Source of the DNA: Carcharhinus longimanus
Taxonomy: Eukaryota
Length of the DNA stretch: 64,000 nt
NCBI GenBank assembly: GCA_030264375.1
Contig: JASCQW010000001.1
Coordinates: 109,839,224 to 109,903,223, forward strand
Direction of reading: 5' to 3'
The position numbers were made by a program, and so were the translations under genes. The notes under the pieces are model-generated. The model searched no databases and was not told where the DNA came from. It was given only the letters and a program-made list of their open reading frames with translations. Position 1 is the first letter of the stretch. Each line of letters opens with the position of its first letter. This document shows positions 60,356 through 64,000 of this stretch, piece after piece.

Positions 60356-62800
60356 TAAGAACATAGGAATTAGGAGCAGATGTAGACAACTTTAGCCCTT
60401 CAAGCCTGCTTCACCATTCAATTAGGTCATGGCTTCCTGGTCTCAAATCCACCTCTCTGCCTGTTCCCCATATCCCTTTATCCCTTTTTTCATTAGAAAT
60501 ATATCTATCTCCTTCTTGAAACAATTCAATGATTCAGACCCTGCTGTGAGGTAGCGAGTTCCACAAATTCACCACCCTTGCGAGAAATTTTTCCTCCTCA
60601 TTTTACTTCTAAATCTATTGCCTCTCAACCTATACCTGTGACCTCTTGTTCCTGATTGCCCCATAAGAGGAAACATTTGGTCCACATTTACTTTATCAAT
60701 CCCTTTTAAAATTTTATATACATCGATCAGATCCCCTCTCATCCTTCTAAAATTCAGCAAACATAAGCCCAAACTGTTTAATCTCTCCTCATACGTCAAA
60801 CCCTCTCATCCCCAGAATCAACCTTCTCTGAACTGCCTCCATTGCTACCACATCTTTCCTAATATGGGAGACTAAAACTGGACACAATACTCCAGATGTG
60901 GTCTCATTGATACGCTATACAATTGCAACATTTCTCTACTTTTACACTCCAGTTCTTTTGCAATAAATGCCAACATCTCATTCACTTTTTATATTACATG
61001 CTGCACCTGCATACTGACTTTCTGTGATTCNNNNNNNNNNNNNNNNNNNNNNNNNNNNNNNNNNNNNNNNNNNNNNNNNNNNNNNNNNNNNNNNNNNNNN
61101 NNNNNNNNNNNNNNNNNNNNNNNNNNNNNNCTTACCAGCATTGCCAACCTTGATCATCTCCTCCATCCCTCTGCCCACGATCCCAAGGCAGAATGACAGC
61201 AGGACACCCCCCTACCACTGCCATTGAACTTCCCCTATAGGACCCACCGCTGCTCCTCTAGCTCCACTGCTCTGGCCCCACCCCTTTGGCTCCGCTCCGT
61301 TGGGTCTACCTGATGCCCAATGGATAGTGTCAAGGTGCCCCTTGGCTATTGCCACATTGCCCCTTGTGCAGTGCCAGGGCTCCCAGAGAGGATGGCTCCC
61401 TTATCACTAACATCCTGGGGGTCCTCCATGGCCTCTGTTCACTTCAGTGAGGTCTGCTGCCAGTTCCCCGTTCGTGGGGAGCTGTTCTAAGCCTCGTTGG
61501 AGTGAACCACTCCTGGCCAGGAGAGGGAGATGGTAGTGGGCCTGGAGACTTCATTCCCGGGCTCGCTAATAGGATTGAAATTAAAATTTTAATATCTAAA
61601 TAAGCTCCGTGTCGATTTCCGGTGCAGAGCTGACAACTCCAAAAAAGCTGGAGCCGGAGATGCGCAAGGTTGTGACGCCCAGTGGGGAGCCTGCCAAACG
61701 GCCTCTGTTGATATCCTTGATGTTGCTAGAGCAATGCAGCAGCCTGGGAGAATCAGTCCCTTGGTCTCACCTTCACCCGACACAATTGTAACAACACTTC
61801 TCTACTTTCACACTCCAGTCCTTTTGCAATAAATGCCAACATCTATTTGCCTTTTATTTTATTACATGCTGCACCTGCATACTGACTTTCTGTGATTCAT
61901 GAACATAGACACCCAGATCCCTCTGCCCAGATGCATTTTTAATCTGCTTTCCATTTAGGTAATAATCTGCCTTTCTATTTTCCTGCCAAAATGGATAACC
62001 TCTCACTTATCCACAGTAAATTCCATTTGCCAAATTTTGGTCCATTCTCCTAGCCTATCTACCCTCATCACTGCCTGTTCTCCTACCTATTTTAGTTAGT
62101 ATCATCCACAAATTTTGCTATGTTGCACTTTGTCCTTGCTTGTAGATCTTTTATATAGATTGTAAATAGTTGAGGTCTAAGGACTGATCCCTGTGGCACC
62201 CAGTAGTTAATTCTCCAGCCAGAGAAGAACCCATTTATGCTGATCATTCGCTTTCTGTCAGTCAGTCAATTCAAAATCCAAACTCATACTCTACCCCCAG
62301 CCCCCTGCGATCTCACCTTCTGGATTAAGCTTTTATGCGGCAACTTGTCAAATGCCTTCTGGAAGTCTAGATATACCACATCCACAGGTTCCCACTATCC
62401 ACCTTGCTGGTAATGACCTCAAAGAACTCACCAGATTTGTCAAGTATAACTTACCCTTCTTAAAACCATGCCAACAATGGGGGGATTGAGCTTTGCCTTT
62501 CCAAATGCTCAGTCATCTCTTCCTTAATGATTGGTTCTAGCAACTTCCCCACCAAACAGGTCAAGCTAACCAGCCTATAGTTTCCTACTTCTTGCCTTTC
62601 TTTTTGAATACTTTTTGTCATATCAGCATGTTTCCAATCCACCGGGGCCGTACCCATATCCAAGGAATTTTGAAATATCAGAATTTCTTTTCGCATCCAC
62701 TATCTCAGCTGCCACCTTCTTTAATACCCTAAGGTGCAGACCATCAAGTCCCAGAGACTTATCTGCTTTTAATCCCATTGTTTATTCAATACACTAGGAA
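60355..62800 (-). mobile_element. CR1 LINE (RT + 3'UTR), with a gap and an inserted GC-rich element at 61131-61782
   Basis: YEERLNSLGL..L..RRMRGDLIDVYKIL; IFQNSLDMGTAPVDWK..NYRLVSLTCLVGKLLEPIIK; tail ataagaacataggaattaggagcag. Confidence 0.88.
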
Positions 62801-64000
62801 GAAACTTCTTCCTAGTGACAGCTATTGCACCATGTTCCTCCGCACTAACTACAGTGTTTGGAAAGTCTTCATTGTTCTTTACCAGTGCCACTTGTAAGCT
62901 CCTCTTCAAGTCACACAGCAGCCTGACCTGGAACCATTTTGCTGTTCCTTTACTGTTGGTGGGTTAAAATCCAGGCACTCCCTCTCCAACAGCACATGGG
63001 CTTCATCTGTTCAAGAAGGCAGCTCACCACACCTTCCTAAAGGCAATTAGAGATGGGCAGTAAACATTGGCCAAGCCAGCGACATCCACAGGAAAGAATA
63101 ATATAAACATTTCAGGCCAAATCCTGTTTCTCGTAGGCATGATTCAGCTCAAACAATTCTACAGTTTTGCACATCACAACATCTATGTCAGCTGTGACGA
63201 GTTTGAAGGTTTTGTCTTAAGGCTTCATGCCCATTGACATTGGAATTGGGACTGTTTCAAATGAACACATTTTGACACAGCTGGAACAGATTTGAAGATA
63301 AAATTCCAGATTGAAGTGTTTATTATTCCGACGCATTTCCAGTTCTTAAGGTGCATTTTTACATTAACTTTTTAAAAAACAATTAGTTAAAACACTTAAC
63401 TTTACATATTGCAACAGTAGTCCTCAAAGTAACTAGTGCTGTATATAGTTTTTAAATAGAATATGACTAGTAAGAAACCTAAAGTGGAAAAATAAGCCAT
63501 TGTGTACAGAGCACATATTTGGTAATGAGCATGATATACCATGTCACTAACAACCATGTTATGAATCATTTTATACCACACTTTAAAAAATGTCAAAATG
63601 AAAGTTTGGAGACACTGCATTAATGATGCATTTATTTTCTGGTATATTTTGAAAAAGAAAATACCACACATTAGCTGAGATAGACAAAAGAGTAAAGCTG
63701 CCGCATGTACTCAAGTTTAATTGCTCAATATGCATGTTCTAAAAATAAAGCACAGCTTCTCAGTAGATAGTTGCTTAATCTGTTGTTAATTTTCAATGTG
63801 TTTTTGTTTCTTTAAAAGTGTAAGAGTGATTTTAAAGAAGTGCATGGTTGTTAGTGGCACTGAAACTTTTTCTTCTCCTGCTTAAAAATAGTAATCTTCA
63901 TATTTAAGTGAAGTCAAAACCAAAATGTGTTTTCTAGTATTGAAATTCATTCATTAAAAATAACTTTCCTGTAAATTTATATTACACAAATTAAAGCTAA

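Noticed and set aside
50937-64000. PRSS12 exon 2 (first SRCR domain, VRL.GG...EG.VEV)
   Set aside because: No matching segment noticed; probably beyond the window, though a by-eye scan could miss it.

Overview
Repeat-rich, gapped vertebrate genomic DNA with 12 N-runs. The SINE/LINE repertoire (HE1-type SINEs, HER1/CR1 LINEs, DeuSINEs, Penelope-like elements) points to a shark (inference). Two host genes are supported, arranged head-to-head about 37 kb apart. METTL14 is on the minus strand: coding exon 1 at 13318-13383, exon 2 at <1-84, and a GC-box/ETS/CCAAT promoter at about 13384-13570. PRSS12/neurotrypsin is on the plus strand: exon 1 (signal peptide plus kringle) at 50588/50600-50936; exon 2 was not seen in the window. 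The rest is intronic or intergenic and dominated by decayed transposons: CR1, L2, Rex1/Babar, RTE, Penelope-like elements, PIF/Harbinger relics with Myb/SANT remnants and MITEs, several SINE families, and possible solo LTRs. Points most worth a second look: (1) Penelope-derived minimal hammerhead-ribozyme motifs, one with an apparently intact core and helix I just upstream of METTL14; (2) an out-of-frame ORF spanning all of PRSS12 exon 1; (3) a SINE head found with two different LINE-like tails; (4) a direct plus inverted micro-duplication upstream of PRSS12. No convincing novel protein-coding system was found. Repeat boundaries are approximate and repeat family calls were made by eye.
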